A stretch of 64,000 nt of DNA, from assembly GCA_964480705.1 (NCBI GenBank), contig CAYZPC010000001.1:31297-95296 (forward strand). The letters are read 5' to 3'. The translations under genes and the position numbers were made by a program. Origin of the DNA: an uncultured archaeon. Its GTDB lineage: Archaea; Iainarchaeota; Iainarchaeia; Iainarchaeales; VGJJ01. Positions 17,475 to 27,218 of this stretch are shown here, one piece after another. Position 1 is the first letter of the stretch; every line of letters starts with the position of its first letter. The notes below the pieces were generated by a model. The model was not told where the DNA came from, did not search any database, and saw nothing but the letters and a program-made list of their open reading frames with translations.

Positions 17475-18335
17475 ATGGAGATGGTGTTTATGCCTGATTC
17501 AATTATTTTTTCCGACCCTTCTTCGTTTGATTTGAAAAAAGAAGCGTTGATTAGGGGTGGCGCGTCTCGTCTTCATTTAGTGGCGGATTTTGATAAAACT
17601 CTCACAAAGGGAATTTGGAAAGGAGAAAAGCGTTTTTCACTAATTGAATTGATTCGAAAATACCACTATCTGCCCGAAGGATATGTTACGGAAGCCTATG
17701 GTCTTTCCGACACGTATCGACCGTGGGAGAATGATCCTTCTCTTTCGTTGGATGAGCGAAAAAATAGAATGGTGGAGTGGTGGTCCACGCATGTGAAAGT
17801 CATGAGCAAATATGGTTTGTCCCGCGAAATCGTGGAGAAAATAATTCACGAACAGGAGATGGGGCCCCGCGAAGGATTGGGTACATTCTTGGACATTCTT
17901 TCTGCCAAAAACATCCCCTTACTCATTTTATCTGCCGCCGTCACCGATTTGATAGAAGGTTTTTTGCGCAAGGAGAAAATGCTTCACTCTAATATGCATG
18001 TTATTTCAAACGCGTTTTCGTATGATTCGTTTGGAAAAGTCACCGGCTACCGTGGAAATATTATTCACAGCTTAAACAAGAGTGAAGTTACAGTGAAAGA
18101 CACTCCTTATTATTCTCAAATTGTTTCGCGTCCAAATGTTATTTTGTTAGGCGATGGTTTGGGTGACGCGGAAATGGTAGATGGACTTACCCATGAGTGT
18201 GTGCTCAAAATTGGTTTTTTGAACGAAAATGTGGAAAAGAATTTGGACGCGTTCAAGCAGGCGTTTGATGTGATTATTTTGAATGATGGTAAAATGGATT
18301 TTGTGAACGATTTTCTGAAAGAAATTTTGGGGTGA
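17475..18335 (+). CDS. HAD-superfamily phosphatase, pyrimidine 5'-nucleotidase (UMPH-1)-like
   Basis: LVADFDKTLTKG motif I; ILLGDGLGDAEM motif IV. Confidence 0.7.
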   Translation: MEMVFMPDSIIFSDPSSFDLKKEALIRGGASRLHLVADFDKTLTKGIWKGEKRFSLIELIRKYHYLPEGYVTEAYGLSDTYRPWENDPSLSLDERKNRMVEWWSTHVKVMSKYGLSREIVEKIIHEQEMGPREGLGTFLDILSAKNIPLLILSAAVTDLIEGFLRKEKMLHSNMHVISNAFSYDSFGKVTGYRGNIIHSLNKSEVTVKDTPYYSQIVSRPNVILLGDGLGDAEMVDGLTHECVLKIGFLNENVEKNLDAFKQAFDVIILNDGKMDFVNDFLKEILG

Positions 18336-18397
18336 AAAGAGTGGTGCCATTTATTGGCACCACGACACCGATCCGCCAGATGGATAATGGCGAGGCA

Positions 18398-18469
18398 TGG
18401 ACCCGGGAGGGGTTGAACCTCCGACCTTCGCTGTATAAGAACGCTGCTCTACCACTGAGCTACGGGTCC
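18398..18469 (-). tRNA. tRNA, probable tRNA-Ile (anticodon TAT) with G27.A43 mismatch
   Basis: RC: GGACCCG-TA-GCTC-AGTGGTA-GAGC-A-GCGTT-CTTATAC-AGCGA-AGGTC-GGAGG-TTCAACC-CCTCC-CGGGTCC-A. Confidence 0.6.
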
Positions 18470-18525
18470 GTTCTAAAGTAACTAATTTCTCTCCCAAAAG
18501 GGCTTTAATAGTCGCCGGCCATGGT

Positions 18526-18831
18526 GTGCATATGATAATGCACCAGCCCAATTTTCGCGGCAAGCGTTTTCGAATCAAGGGCGGGAAATTAACGCCTGTT
18601 CCAAAATCCAAAAAAACCACTCCTCGTCAGCGGGCGGCGAAGGATTATATTGCTCGTGCGGCTCAAAAGCGGTGGAATTTTTTTCTGCGCACTGCGCGCG
18701 AATACACTTCCAAACACCGTCACGTGAATGCGGCTGAATTGATTGTGCATTTTTACATGAAAAAAATTTCCTTGCCGGAAGCGTTGGCCAAAAAGTTGTT
18801 GGCTGAAATTGCGCGAGAAAAAGAGAAGTGA
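18526..18831 (+). CDS. Hypothetical small basic protein
   Basis: 101-aa ORF; start uncertain. Confidence 0.35.
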   Translation: MHMIMHQPNFRGKRFRIKGGKLTPVPKSKKTTPRQRAAKDYIARAAQKRWNFFLRTAREYTSKHRHVNAAELIVHFYMKKISLPEALAKKLLAEIAREKEK

Positions 18832-18883
18832 AAATAAATGGGGGGTGAGTGGTTTTTTTTCCACTCACGTGCTAATGGTTTCG

Positions 18884-20521
18884 TTAGTCCATTCCCATTC
18901 CGCCCATGTCCGGCATTCCGCCTTTGGGGCCTCGTCCGGACGATGTGGCTGCGATGATGTCGTCAATGCGCAACAGCATTTGAGCGACTTCGGATGCGGA
19001 TGATAATGCTTGCGTCTTGATGCGCAAGGGTTCAACCACATTTAATTTTCGCATGTCGTCAATTTTGCTGTCGTGCACGTTCACACCTAAGTATTTTCCT
19101 TCTTTTCCTTTGTGTCGCGCGCGGAGTCCAACGAGTGTGTCGATGGGGTCCATTCCGGCTGTTTCCGCAAGCGTTTTGGGTATGATTTCCAACGCTTCTG
19201 CGAATGCGTTAATGGCGAGTTGTTCGCGTCCGCCCACATTTTTGGCGTATTCTTGCAACTGCATTGCGATTTCAATTTCGGTGCTTCCTCCACCCGTGAC
19301 GGTTTTTCCGTCTTTGATGGATGATGTCACGGCGCCCAACGCATCGGTGAGTGCGCGTTCGGCTTCGTCAATCACGTGTTGTGTTCCGCCGCGGACTAAG
19401 ATGGTAACGGCCTTAGGATTCTTGCATCCTTCGATGAACACCATGCTGTCTCCCGCAATTTTCTTTTCGGAAACCATTTTGGCGTGTCCCAAATCGTCTT
19501 TCGTCATGTCTTGCAGGCGTGAAATAATTTTTCCGCCGGTGCTTTTGGCCATTTTTTGTAAATCGCTCTGCTTGACTCTTCGCACGGCAAGAATTCCTGC
19601 TTTGGCGAGGAAGTGTTGGGCTAAATCGTCAATTCCTTTTTGGCAGATGACGACATTGGCTCCGCTCTTCTGAATGTTTTCCACCATTTTTTTGAGCATT
19701 CCTTCTTCTTGGTCTAAGAATGCTTGCAGCTGGTCTGGTGATGTGATTTCAATTTTGGCATCCGTTTCGGTTTCTTTGATTTCCAACGCGGCGTCAACCA
19801 ATGCAATTTTTGCATTCTCAACATGACGTGGCATTCCGGTGTGAACAATTTCTTTGTCTAAGACAATTCCCTTGATCAATTCAGAATCGTGCAAGCTGGC
19901 GCCTGTTTTCTTTTCAATTTTGACGTGGTCTAAGTCGATGGAATATTTTCCGTCTTCTTTTTCGGCAACCGTTTGAACGGCTTCCACAACCAAGTCAGAC
20001 AATCGTGCTTCGGCTTCGGCTGATTTTCCTGTCATGGATGTCATGGCGATTTTGCGCAGTGTTTTAGTGTCGTCAAATGTTAAGTTGTCGGCAATGTCTG
20101 CCGCAATGTCTTTGGCTTTCTTTTCAGCCATGCGGTATCCGTTGATAATAATGCTCGGATGAATTTCATCGTCGAGTAAAGATTCGGCTTTCTGCAAGAG
20201 TCCGCCGGCGAGGATAACAGCTGATGTGGTTCCGTCTCCGACTTCGCGGTCTTGTGTTTTGGCAACTTCCACCATCATTTTTCCGGCAGGGTGGTCGATT
20301 TGCATTTCTCCTAAGATGGTTGCACCGTCGTTTGAAATGGTGACATCGCCCATGTCGTCCACGAGCATTTTGTCCATTCCTTTGGGTCCGAGCGTGGATT
20401 TCACGGCATTGGCGACTGCTTTGGCAATCAGGATGTTAATTCGTTGAGCGTCTCGTCCGAGTACTCTTCGAGAACCTTCGGGCAGGAACATCATTTGTTG
20501 GTTCATTTTATTTTCGGTCAT
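18884..20521 (-). CDS. thsA: Thermosome subunit (group II chaperonin)
   Basis: [15 protein letters not shown], full-length CCT/thermosome architecture ending in [11 protein letters not shown]. Confidence 0.92.
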   Translation of the reverse strand: MTENKMNQQMMFLPEGSRRVLGRDAQRINILIAKAVANAVKSTLGPKGMDKMLVDDMGDVTISNDGATILGEMQIDHPAGKMMVEVAKTQDREVGDGTTSAVILAGGLLQKAESLLDDEIHPSIIINGYRMAEKKAKDIAADIADNLTFDDTKTLRKIAMTSMTGKSAEAEARLSDLVVEAVQTVAEKEDGKYSIDLDHVKIEKKTGASLHDSELIKGIVLDKEIVHTGMPRHVENAKIALVDAALEIKETETDAKIEITSPDQLQAFLDQEEGMLKKMVENIQKSGANVVICQKGIDDLAQHFLAKAGILAVRRVKQSDLQKMAKSTGGKIISRLQDMTKDDLGHAKMVSEKKIAGDSMVFIEGCKNPKAVTILVRGGTQHVIDEAERALTDALGAVTSSIKDGKTVTGGGSTEIEIAMQLQEYAKNVGGREQLAINAFAEALEIIPKTLAETAGMDPIDTLVGLRARHKGKEGKYLGVNVHDSKIDDMRKLNVVEPLRIKTQALSSASEVAQMLLRIDDIIAATSSGRGPKGGMPDMGGMGMD

Positions 20522-20716
20522 TTTTTGATTCCTCCTAAAAATAGAATCTTTTATCGTTAAACGTCGTTTTTCGGGTTGTTTTTGGCCTGTTTTTGGGGTT
20601 TTAGTCCATTTTTAGCCAAGTAATTCATTATTTAGATGGATGTAACTGTTTAAAAATCGAACTTTTTCGATGGATATGGCTGTTGAAACATAACTTTTGG
20701 CGGGGTTGTTTTGATA

Positions 20717-21577
20717 CTAGAAGGGGGCTGCGCGCGGGTCTGCCCATCCTTGCGGGCGGGGGTAGAAATCGTACACGTTCACCCGCGCGTCATTGGTTTT
20801 GCGTTTGCGCACGAAAAACTCGAGCAGCGTGCCTCGTTCGGCAGGCACGTGTCGCTGGCGCGCGTGCCACTCTGTTAGCATCTGCAGGGTCGCCGCGTAT
20901 TTTTTTCCTCCCAATCGGTTGCGATACCGTGTGAGTATGTCCTTCGCAGCCGTGATGCTGGGGATTTGCGCTAAAATAAATGAAAAAAATTCCGGATCAT
21001 TTGTGATGAATGGTTTGTTGATATAATCCAACACATCTCGCGTGAATCGATTGAATCGACCGCTTTTATTGTATTGAAAAAATAAGTTACCAACCATTCG
21101 CGCCACATTTTTTCCGAGTGCAGATACTCGTTTCCATTGCCGCAGTCTCTCCACGCGGGATGATTCGCGCGCGATAGAATCAAAGTGTTGCACTACTAGC
21201 GTTGCTTCGCTCGGCACACTTATTCGCAGGGGTTTTTGTACCATGTATGTTTTGCGCCATTGTTTCTGACGCACGCGGCCCCCTGGCGTGAGCATGGAAT
21301 AACGCTGAGCGGCAGTTTTCTTTCCCTGGCGTTTTCCCATTTCATCCAACACTTCCATGATGGCTTGTTTGACGCGCGCAAACTCCTGCGCTGTTATTTT
21401 GCGTGTGATGCGTGCTGTCGCCGAATTTTTTCCCAAACCAATCGTAAGTACGTGTTCGCTTCTGCGTCCTGTTTTTTTCTGAATGGTGACGCCAGGCTCG
21501 CCGTGTCTGCGCGAATGTGCAATCGCATTTGTGTGGATATTAATCATCACGCGCTTAGCGCGTGCGCGGGGTTTCAT
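20717..21577 (-). CDS. Hypothetical highly basic protein (286 aa) with GC-rich 3' end
   Basis: R/K-rich ORF; local GC clearly above the surrounding sequence (20700..20900). Confidence 0.5.
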   Translation of the reverse strand: MKPRARAKRVMINIHTNAIAHSRRHGEPGVTIQKKTGRRSEHVLTIGLGKNSATARITRKITAQEFARVKQAIMEVLDEMGKRQGKKTAAQRYSMLTPGGRVRQKQWRKTYMVQKPLRISVPSEATLVVQHFDSIARESSRVERLRQWKRVSALGKNVARMVGNLFFQYNKSGRFNRFTRDVLDYINKPFITNDPEFFSFILAQIPSITAAKDILTRYRNRLGGKKYAATLQMLTEWHARQRHVPAERGTLLEFFVRKRKTNDARVNVYDFYPRPQGWADPRAAPF

Positions 21578-21614
21578 CCTAGCTATTATTATCTGTTTGT
21601 TATTAATTTATTCT

Positions 21615-22220
21615 ATGGACTTTCGCCCCGAGCTTTCAACTAGACAAACGGATTGGTTGCACAATCATTCGTATGAGCTTATTTCCTTCATCGCTCGCGG
21701 AATGAACGCGGGGGTGTGGCTCGTTTCTAAGAATGGAAAAAAGTTTGCCGCCAAAATCGCTCATGCTAAATCGCGCCGCGTGCGAATGAGTGCAAAAGAA
21801 GTGCTGCATTTGCACGTGGCGAACGTGTTGAGCGTGGGTCCAAAAATAGTGGAAAGCGATGCGTCTGAAAATATTTTGATTATGGAATATGTCAATGGCA
21901 TTCCCCTCGCGGATTGGTTGAATAAAAATAATTCAAAAAAATTATTGAAAAAACTCCTCACTAAATTATTTGCACAGGCACGCACGCTCGACAACGGAAA
22001 ACTCGACCACGGCCAGTTGGGGGGAAAGCTGCACAACATTTTAGTGGATGCGAAAAGCAATCCTCATATTATTGATTTTGAAAAAGCTTCGTATGTGCGC
22101 GCGGCCAAGAATGTGAATGCGCTCACGCACACTTTGTTGAGCGGTCACACGGGTTTCTCCGTGCGCGTGCGTGAAATGCTCTCGGAAGAGGATGTGCGCG
22201 CGTTGCGTTTCCCACGATGA
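21615..22220 (+). CDS. Bud32/RIO-like small kinase-fold protein with substituted catalytic motifs (HGQ, DFE); possible pseudokinase
   Basis: ILIMEYVNGIPL hinge; LDHGQLGGKLHNILVD catalytic loop; IIDFEKAS in place of DFG. Confidence 0.6.
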   Translation: MDFRPELSTRQTDWLHNHSYELISFIARGMNAGVWLVSKNGKKFAAKIAHAKSRRVRMSAKEVLHLHVANVLSVGPKIVESDASENILIMEYVNGIPLADWLNKNNSKKLLKKLLTKLFAQARTLDNGKLDHGQLGGKLHNILVDAKSNPHIIDFEKASYVRAAKNVNALTHTLLSGHTGFSVRVREMLSEEDVRALRFPR

Positions 22221-22783
22221 GTGGTGTCATGTTTATATTGTCCATTTTTTTTTGTTCCCGAATGAATGGCAATTTTGGATACAAAACACACAATTTATTT
22301 TTGCGCGATTGGATGTTTTATGTCACCGTGCAGGCGGTTATTTTCATTAAAGTCGTGGCGTTTTACACGATGTTTGGTCACGGCATTTCCTATTTTGGCC
22401 AGCCGCTCATGTTGAATGTTCCTTTCATGGCCGTTCCTGTGTTTGGAAACTTGTATCATGTCTGGGAGTATTTTTTCCACCAGATCATGCACATTTTCAT
22501 TTTATTCTGGACACTCTTGCTGGCGAAGCATATTGTGAAAGTCGATTGGTTGGCGTTAGGAAAACTTTTTTTCATCGCAGTCGTGTTGCATAACATTGGA
22601 TACTGGTTTACGTTTTCGCATCCTTCGCTGATATTTTCTCTCCGCGATTTTGCCACTGATTTTGTTGCATTATTTTTGTTTTTTGCATTGTTTAGATTAG
22701 GATTCAAACTCGTTCCGCAATCCAAGAAGTGGACGATTCCTCTGTTTGATGAAGTGAAAAGCAGCGGTGCAAAAAATAAATGA
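22217..22783 (+). CDS. Polytopic membrane protein, His-rich TM helices
   Basis: 188 aa, 5-6 TM helices; overlaps the kinase-like gene stop by 4 nt. Confidence 0.5.
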   Translation: MSGVMFILSIFFCSRMNGNFGYKTHNLFLRDWMFYVTVQAVIFIKVVAFYTMFGHGISYFGQPLMLNVPFMAVPVFGNLYHVWEYFFHQIMHIFILFWTLLLAKHIVKVDWLALGKLFFIAVVLHNIGYWFTFSHPSLIFSLRDFATDFVALFLFFALFRLGFKLVPQSKKWTIPLFDEVKSSGAKNK

Positions 22784-22825
22784 AAAAGAGTGTGCCACTG
22801 CCTGGCACGGGCATAAGTTGTTTAT

Positions 22826-23218
22826 TCAAAGAGTGAATTTTCGGTCAACTTCTCGAATCAGCACATCACATTGTGATTTGACGGCTTCGAGTTGTTTGAT
22901 GATGTGTTCTTTTTCTTGTTCCACATCTTGAATTTTTTCGTAGGGTTCAATGGCTTCTTTCAACATTCCATAATCCACATACGTGTAGGGGTGTGCGTTC
23001 ATTTTTTTGGCAATGCGTTCGACCATTTTTCCTAACCAGATGTTCATTTCATCTTTCACTTGTCCCTTGATTTGTTTTCCATCATCAAGGTATTGTCGCA
23101 TCATGTTAGTAACCGTAGCGCGGGGAAAGGGGAGTTTGCTTTCTTCCATGGTTCCTTCTTCATCCGTTTCAGCGACAGGTGTTTCCTGTTGAACGTCCAT
23201 TTTTTCTTCGTCAGCCAT
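22826..23218 (-). CDS. Histone-fold protein (archaeal histone/NF-Y-like) with acidic N-terminal extension
   Basis: LPFPRATVTNMMRQYL..QIKGQVKDEMNIWLGKMVERIAKKM resembles a histone-fold helix-strand-helix. Confidence 0.5.
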   Translation of the reverse strand: MADEEKMDVQQETPVAETDEEGTMEESKLPFPRATVTNMMRQYLDDGKQIKGQVKDEMNIWLGKMVERIAKKMNAHPYTYVDYGMLKEAIEPYEKIQDVEQEKEHIIKQLEAVKSQCDVLIREVDRKFTL

Positions 23219-23333
23219 TGAATGTTCCTCCCATTCTATGTACGTAATACACGCCAAAAGCGGTTTTAAACCCTTCCCGAATGAGGCGCAAAGCAAGGTT
23301 TTTTATGCGCAAAAAAGGTCGTTTGAGTTGATT

Positions 23334-26300
23334 ATGCGCTGGTTTATTTTTGGTTTGATTTTGGTGAGTTTTTCCTCGCTTGCCTGGGCGCAAGTACTGG
23401 GTGGTGAACCCGATTTTGGTTCGGCTCCTGCCAACACGACCATTAATTCTAGTCCGGCTCCCATTGGGGGTTTTCTCTCTTTTTACTCCTCATGTCAAGA
23501 TGGCGTGTTCATGCGCAGCGTCGTGTGCGATTCTCCTTCGTGTGATGTGTCTTCTCCTTCCCTCTGTTCTTCCACTTTTTCTTCTACCGCAAGTAAATCG
23601 TGCGCCGCTCCCACAACTGTTTCAGATTGGGGGTATCATTTTCTCGTGAATTCAGCGTGCTGCAATGCGCAAAATAATTGTACGCTTCAGCAAACCACCG
23701 ATCCCTGGTTGGTGGGAGTGGAACCTTTTCCGGTGAGTACACAGATGGTGGATGTTTCCGGAATGGATCCCCGCGGGAATAAGTTGGCTCGTCGTTCGTA
23801 TTCGAGTTGGGTTTCGGTCTTCAACACATCTTCGGATGCAAAAATTTCCACCACCACTGACGCTGGTCTCACGTGGTCGAGTCCTCTTTCCATCAAATCA
23901 CTTTTTTCTCAAGCTCAATTGCCATTGGGTGTGAGTTATTCGTCTGTGCGCGTCGTTAATCCTGCGCTTGCGGTTGGAAATAATTCCGTTGAACTTGTTT
24001 TTGAAGTGGTGGACACTTCTGGAAAAAGCAACGTGTATTATTCTCACTGCGTCTCTTCTGCTTGTTCGAATGCAGCTGCGTGGTCGCTGGCTGTTCCCGT
24101 TCTCGATCCCATTGTCACGGAAACAAATCCCGGTGCGGCCGATTCAACATGGATGTATTCACTTGGTTCCCCTAAAATTGGAATCACTTCCTCTTCCATC
24201 GTGCATGTTATTTTTGATGACTCTCAAACGAATCCTTCGCTTCGCATTCAGGGAATTTTTCACCGGTATTGTTCTCTCGTTGACGGGTGTGACAAAGTAT
24301 CTGCGTGGAATGCTTCCACGAATGGGACGGATATTTTAGGGGGAGTCAATAACGGATACCCCCGCTCGCCTCACCTTTCCATTAGTTCAAAGGGCGTGTT
24401 TGCCATATGGATGGATTATTCTTCTTCCGGAAACCCGTCTTCAAATAGCATCTTTGTCTCCCTCTACGCAATTCCAACCAACACGTGGCTTTCTCCCGTT
24501 TCGGTTGGGAGCGCGAGTAGTTTTTCATTCCCCTGGATTTCGGCCGCTGGTAATCGCGCCGGAATTTCCGCGCTTTCTGGAAGCACCGTGCGCGTGTGGA
24601 ATTGTGATTCTTCCTGCATGAGTTCTCCTTCAACTCCAACGGCGTGGTCGGATGTTTCCTCCACTTTTTCTCCATTCAACACACTCACTTCCCTCTCCGA
24701 AGTTGCCATCGCAATTTCTCCTCTTGACTCGAGTGAATCCGTGCTGTTGGCTGCTGGAAACTTGGCGGGAAACAGACAATTATTTGGAATGTACTCTCGC
24801 GCGGGGGGCATCACGACAACTCTTCGCCGCATTTCCAACACTCCCACTTCATTCACTTTTACAGGATTGTCTGATGTGAGTGGAAATTTTTTGTGGAGCA
24901 GTCAACCTTTTTTGCAGTGGGCCGGCGCCACTCCAACAAGTGGTTCGGTTTATTCATCTAATGTTTTTTCATCAAACAATGCATTTCCATCCATCACTAT
25001 TACCGCGCCCACCACTCCCGTCACGTGGCAGTCAGCAAGTTCTTCCGCGTACTCTCAAACAATCACCTTCACCGCGCAGGATAATGATATTGAAGATGAA
25101 TTGTATGCGTCCATTTACTTTGGCACATCGCCCAACACCACCACTTATTTGCTTCGTGACCGCGTGGATTTGAAAACACTTCAAGGGACACAGAGCACTG
25201 ACACGTGTGCATCCGGTTCTTTTACGTCTCCCCGCACGTGCGTGTTGAACTTGCCCCTTTTCGATCCCGCCACGGGCTTGTTAGCTCCGAATGGAAATTA
25301 TTATTTGGTTGCTGTTCTCGCGGATTCAAAATCAGGGAGTGATGTTTTTTCCACTCCCAATCAAGTGACTTTTTCTCTCCCTTCCGGGACGATTTCCATT
25401 GCCGCACCCACTGCTGGCTCGTCGTGGTCGGGTCCGGGAACGAAACAGTTGGCGGTGGATGTGAATAATCCCCTCTTCTCTCAATTGTTTTCACTCACCC
25501 TTTCTGGCAATTCTCCGAGTGGTTCATTCATGTTTCCCTCGTATCCTGTTTCCTCGTACGGGAGCACTATTCCTCCGTGCGTTAAAGTGGGAAATAATTA
25601 TTCATGCGCGTATCCTATTCTGCCCTCTTCTTCTATTTCAGAAGGAGTGTACGCGTTGTCTCTCGACTCTAGCGTTGATGGCTTGCCCGGCCCCACGGCG
25701 AGCGTGAGTAATATTACGATTGATTTCATTGCCCCGCGCGTGGTCTCGGCGCAGCCGCAAGGCACGCTCACGAGTCCCCCTTCGTCTGTTTCATTTGCCC
25801 TGCAGGATTTTTCTCCCATTGCAACTGTGCCATCCATTCTCATCAATGGTCAGACAGCCACTCCTACTTGTTCATTTGGAGCACAGCCCGTCACGTGTTC
25901 CGCGCCCTTCCCTTCATCCATAACCACGGGCCCGGTCGTGGTTCAAGTAACCGCCTCGGATGCGTTTGGAAATAGTTCTCCGAGTAATTTTTCATTTACC
26001 ATCGATGGTGGAACCACTGTTCCTCCAGGGCCTGGCGGAGAAGGCGGAGGCGGTGGCGGAGGTGGCGGTGGCGGTGGGGGCGGCGGTCCAGGTAAAGTAA
26101 TTCCGCGAGTAGAAGATGTAATCACGCGCGACAGTGAGGGAAATGTTCTCGTGAATGGTACTCCAGTCGTGATTCCCAAAACAATTGTGGAAACTGTGGG
26201 AACATTTTCCAATAATGTGGTCACAGCCACGAGTAATTTGGTTGATGTGGTAGGTCCGAGTGCGCATGCCATATTTTTGGGGTTGTGCGTGATTGCCGGA

Positions 26301-26597
26301 CTGGCATCCGATGTGGTGTTTCGCCGTGTCTTTTCAAAAATTCGCGCGGACACCTATAAGCAGCGCGAGCGTTTGGTCCGAGCCCTCCTCGCGGGAATAT
26401 TTTTCATTATCCCTCTTGCCATTGGCTGGTCTTTTTCACTCGTGGCGGGATTTATTTTCACCGTAATGGAGATTGTGGGGTTTGTCGCTGCCGCATATGC
26501 GATCAAAATTCTCCAATACTATGACACGTTCGGCTACAAGGCCATTCAAGGGGTGGCGTCTGCGATTACTCCCCCGCCCCGACCTCCCTCCATGTGA
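23334..26597 (+). CDS. Giant S/T-rich surface protein with signal peptide, poly-Gly linker and C-terminal TM helices
   Basis: MRWFIFGLILVSFSSLAWA signal; over 1000 aa Ser/Thr/Cys-rich; G18 tract; three C-terminal hydrophobic helices. Confidence 0.7.
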   Translation: MRWFIFGLILVSFSSLAWAQVLGGEPDFGSAPANTTINSSPAPIGGFLSFYSSCQDGVFMRSVVCDSPSCDVSSPSLCSSTFSSTASKSCAAPTTVSDWGYHFLVNSACCNAQNNCTLQQTTDPWLVGVEPFPVSTQMVDVSGMDPRGNKLARRSYSSWVSVFNTSSDAKISTTTDAGLTWSSPLSIKSLFSQAQLPLGVSYSSVRVVNPALAVGNNSVELVFEVVDTSGKSNVYYSHCVSSACSNAAAWSLAVPVLDPIVTETNPGAADSTWMYSLGSPKIGITSSSIVHVIFDDSQTNPSLRIQGIFHRYCSLVDGCDKVSAWNASTNGTDILGGVNNGYPRSPHLSISSKGVFAIWMDYSSSGNPSSNSIFVSLYAIPTNTWLSPVSVGSASSFSFPWISAAGNRAGISALSGSTVRVWNCDSSCMSSPSTPTAWSDVSSTFSPFNTLTSLSEVAIAISPLDSSESVLLAAGNLAGNRQLFGMYSRAGGITTTLRRISNTPTSFTFTGLSDVSGNFLWSSQPFLQWAGATPTSGSVYSSNVFSSNNAFPSITITAPTTPVTWQSASSSAYSQTITFTAQDNDIEDELYASIYFGTSPNTTTYLLRDRVDLKTLQGTQSTDTCASGSFTSPRTCVLNLPLFDPATGLLAPNGNYYLVAVLADSKSGSDVFSTPNQVTFSLPSGTISIAAPTAGSSWSGPGTKQLAVDVNNPLFSQLFSLTLSGNSPSGSFMFPSYPVSSYGSTIPPCVKVGNNYSCAYPILPSSSISEGVYALSLDSSVDGLPGPTASVSNITIDFIAPRVVSAQPQGTLTSPPSSVSFALQDFSPIATVPSILINGQTATPTCSFGAQPVTCSAPFPSSITTGPVVVQVTASDAFGNSSPSNFSFTIDGGTTVPPGPGGEGGGGGGGGGGGGGGGPGKVIPRVEDVITRDSEGNVLVNGTPVVIPKTIVETVGTFSNNVVTATSNLVDVVGPSAHAIFLGLCVIAGLASDVVFRRVFSKIRADTYKQRERLVRALLAGIFFIIPLAIGWSFSLVAGFIFTVMEIVGFVAAAYAIKILQYYDTFGYKAIQGVASAITPPPRPPSM
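26031..26090 (+). repeat. (GGN)n simple repeat encoding an 18-20 residue poly-glycine tract
   Basis: ggcggagaaggcggaggcggtggcggaggtggcggtggcggtgggggcggcggt. Confidence 0.8.
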
Positions 26598-26885
26598 GAG
26601 GTTTTTTTACTCACATGACCTATGTTTGCGTGCCGAATGACGACATGCATTGCTCTGATTCATGATGATTGATGGGCACTCGGACGGCGTACTATTCTTT
26701 TTTTCCCCGGATTTTGTCCGCAGGCAAAAGGCCGATGCGACACTCGCTTGTAATGTCAAATGCCCCTAAATCGCCTTTTTGAGGGGTTTTATGGGTTAAT
26801 CCTTATATAGTCGGGCAGGGCCACTCCTATAGATGCCTGTATTTGGGGGTTATTCCCTGATTGGGCGGATTGGGAGGAATACACT

Positions 26886-27065
26886 ATGGCCAGCGAAACA
26901 TTCATTGTCAAAAGTAAAGTTGCGGATTTCATTCGCGGAAAGGACATGATGATGAGTTCAGATGCGTACGACGCATTGAACGACGAAGTCGAAAAAGTCA
27001 TTAAGCGCGCCGTTGAGCGATGCTCGCAAGGCGGACGAAAGACTGTCAAGCCCTTTGACTTCTAA
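26886..27065 (+). CDS. Small histone-fold-like protein (59 aa)
   Basis: MASETFIVKSKVADFIRGKDMMMSSDAYDALNDEVEKVIKRAVERCSQGGRKTVKPFDF; the C-terminal AGRKTVK-like motif matches archaeal histone helix 3; TATA-like cttatatag about 80 nt upstream. Confidence 0.5.
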   Translation: MASETFIVKSKVADFIRGKDMMMSSDAYDALNDEVEKVIKRAVERCSQGGRKTVKPFDF

Positions 27066-27218
27066 TTCATTCGCGGAGGCGGTTCTCGCCTCTTCTTTTT
27101 CTTTTTTTTGAATTTCATTTTTTCTATTTTTTAAAATAGTTTATTTTTCTCTCATTGTCGTTGTTTTGGTTTTCTCAAAGTGTCCGAATTTTATACTTAT
27201 ACACTACATAATGAGTGT

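Noticed and set aside
20717-21577. Rolling-circle Rep / HUH endonuclease assignment for the basic 286-aa protein
   Set aside because: IHTNAIAHS is not a convincing HUH, and no ordered motif I/II/III pattern is visible. It is left as hypothetical.
26600-26790. Candidate C/D-box sRNA (ATGACGA ... CTGA ... ATGATGA) in the 290-nt intergenic region
   Set aside because: There is no terminal D box (CUGA) within range and no K-turn-compatible spacing. It could still hold a promoter/terminator (CCCCT..AGGGG hairpin plus T run at 26775-26800).
26789-27049. Minus-strand 86-aa ORF overlapping the small histone-like gene
   Set aside because: The plus-strand 59-aa frame has a TATA-like element, a recognisable histone-fold C-terminal motif and better composition. 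The antisense frame is Ser/Leu-rich with no motif.
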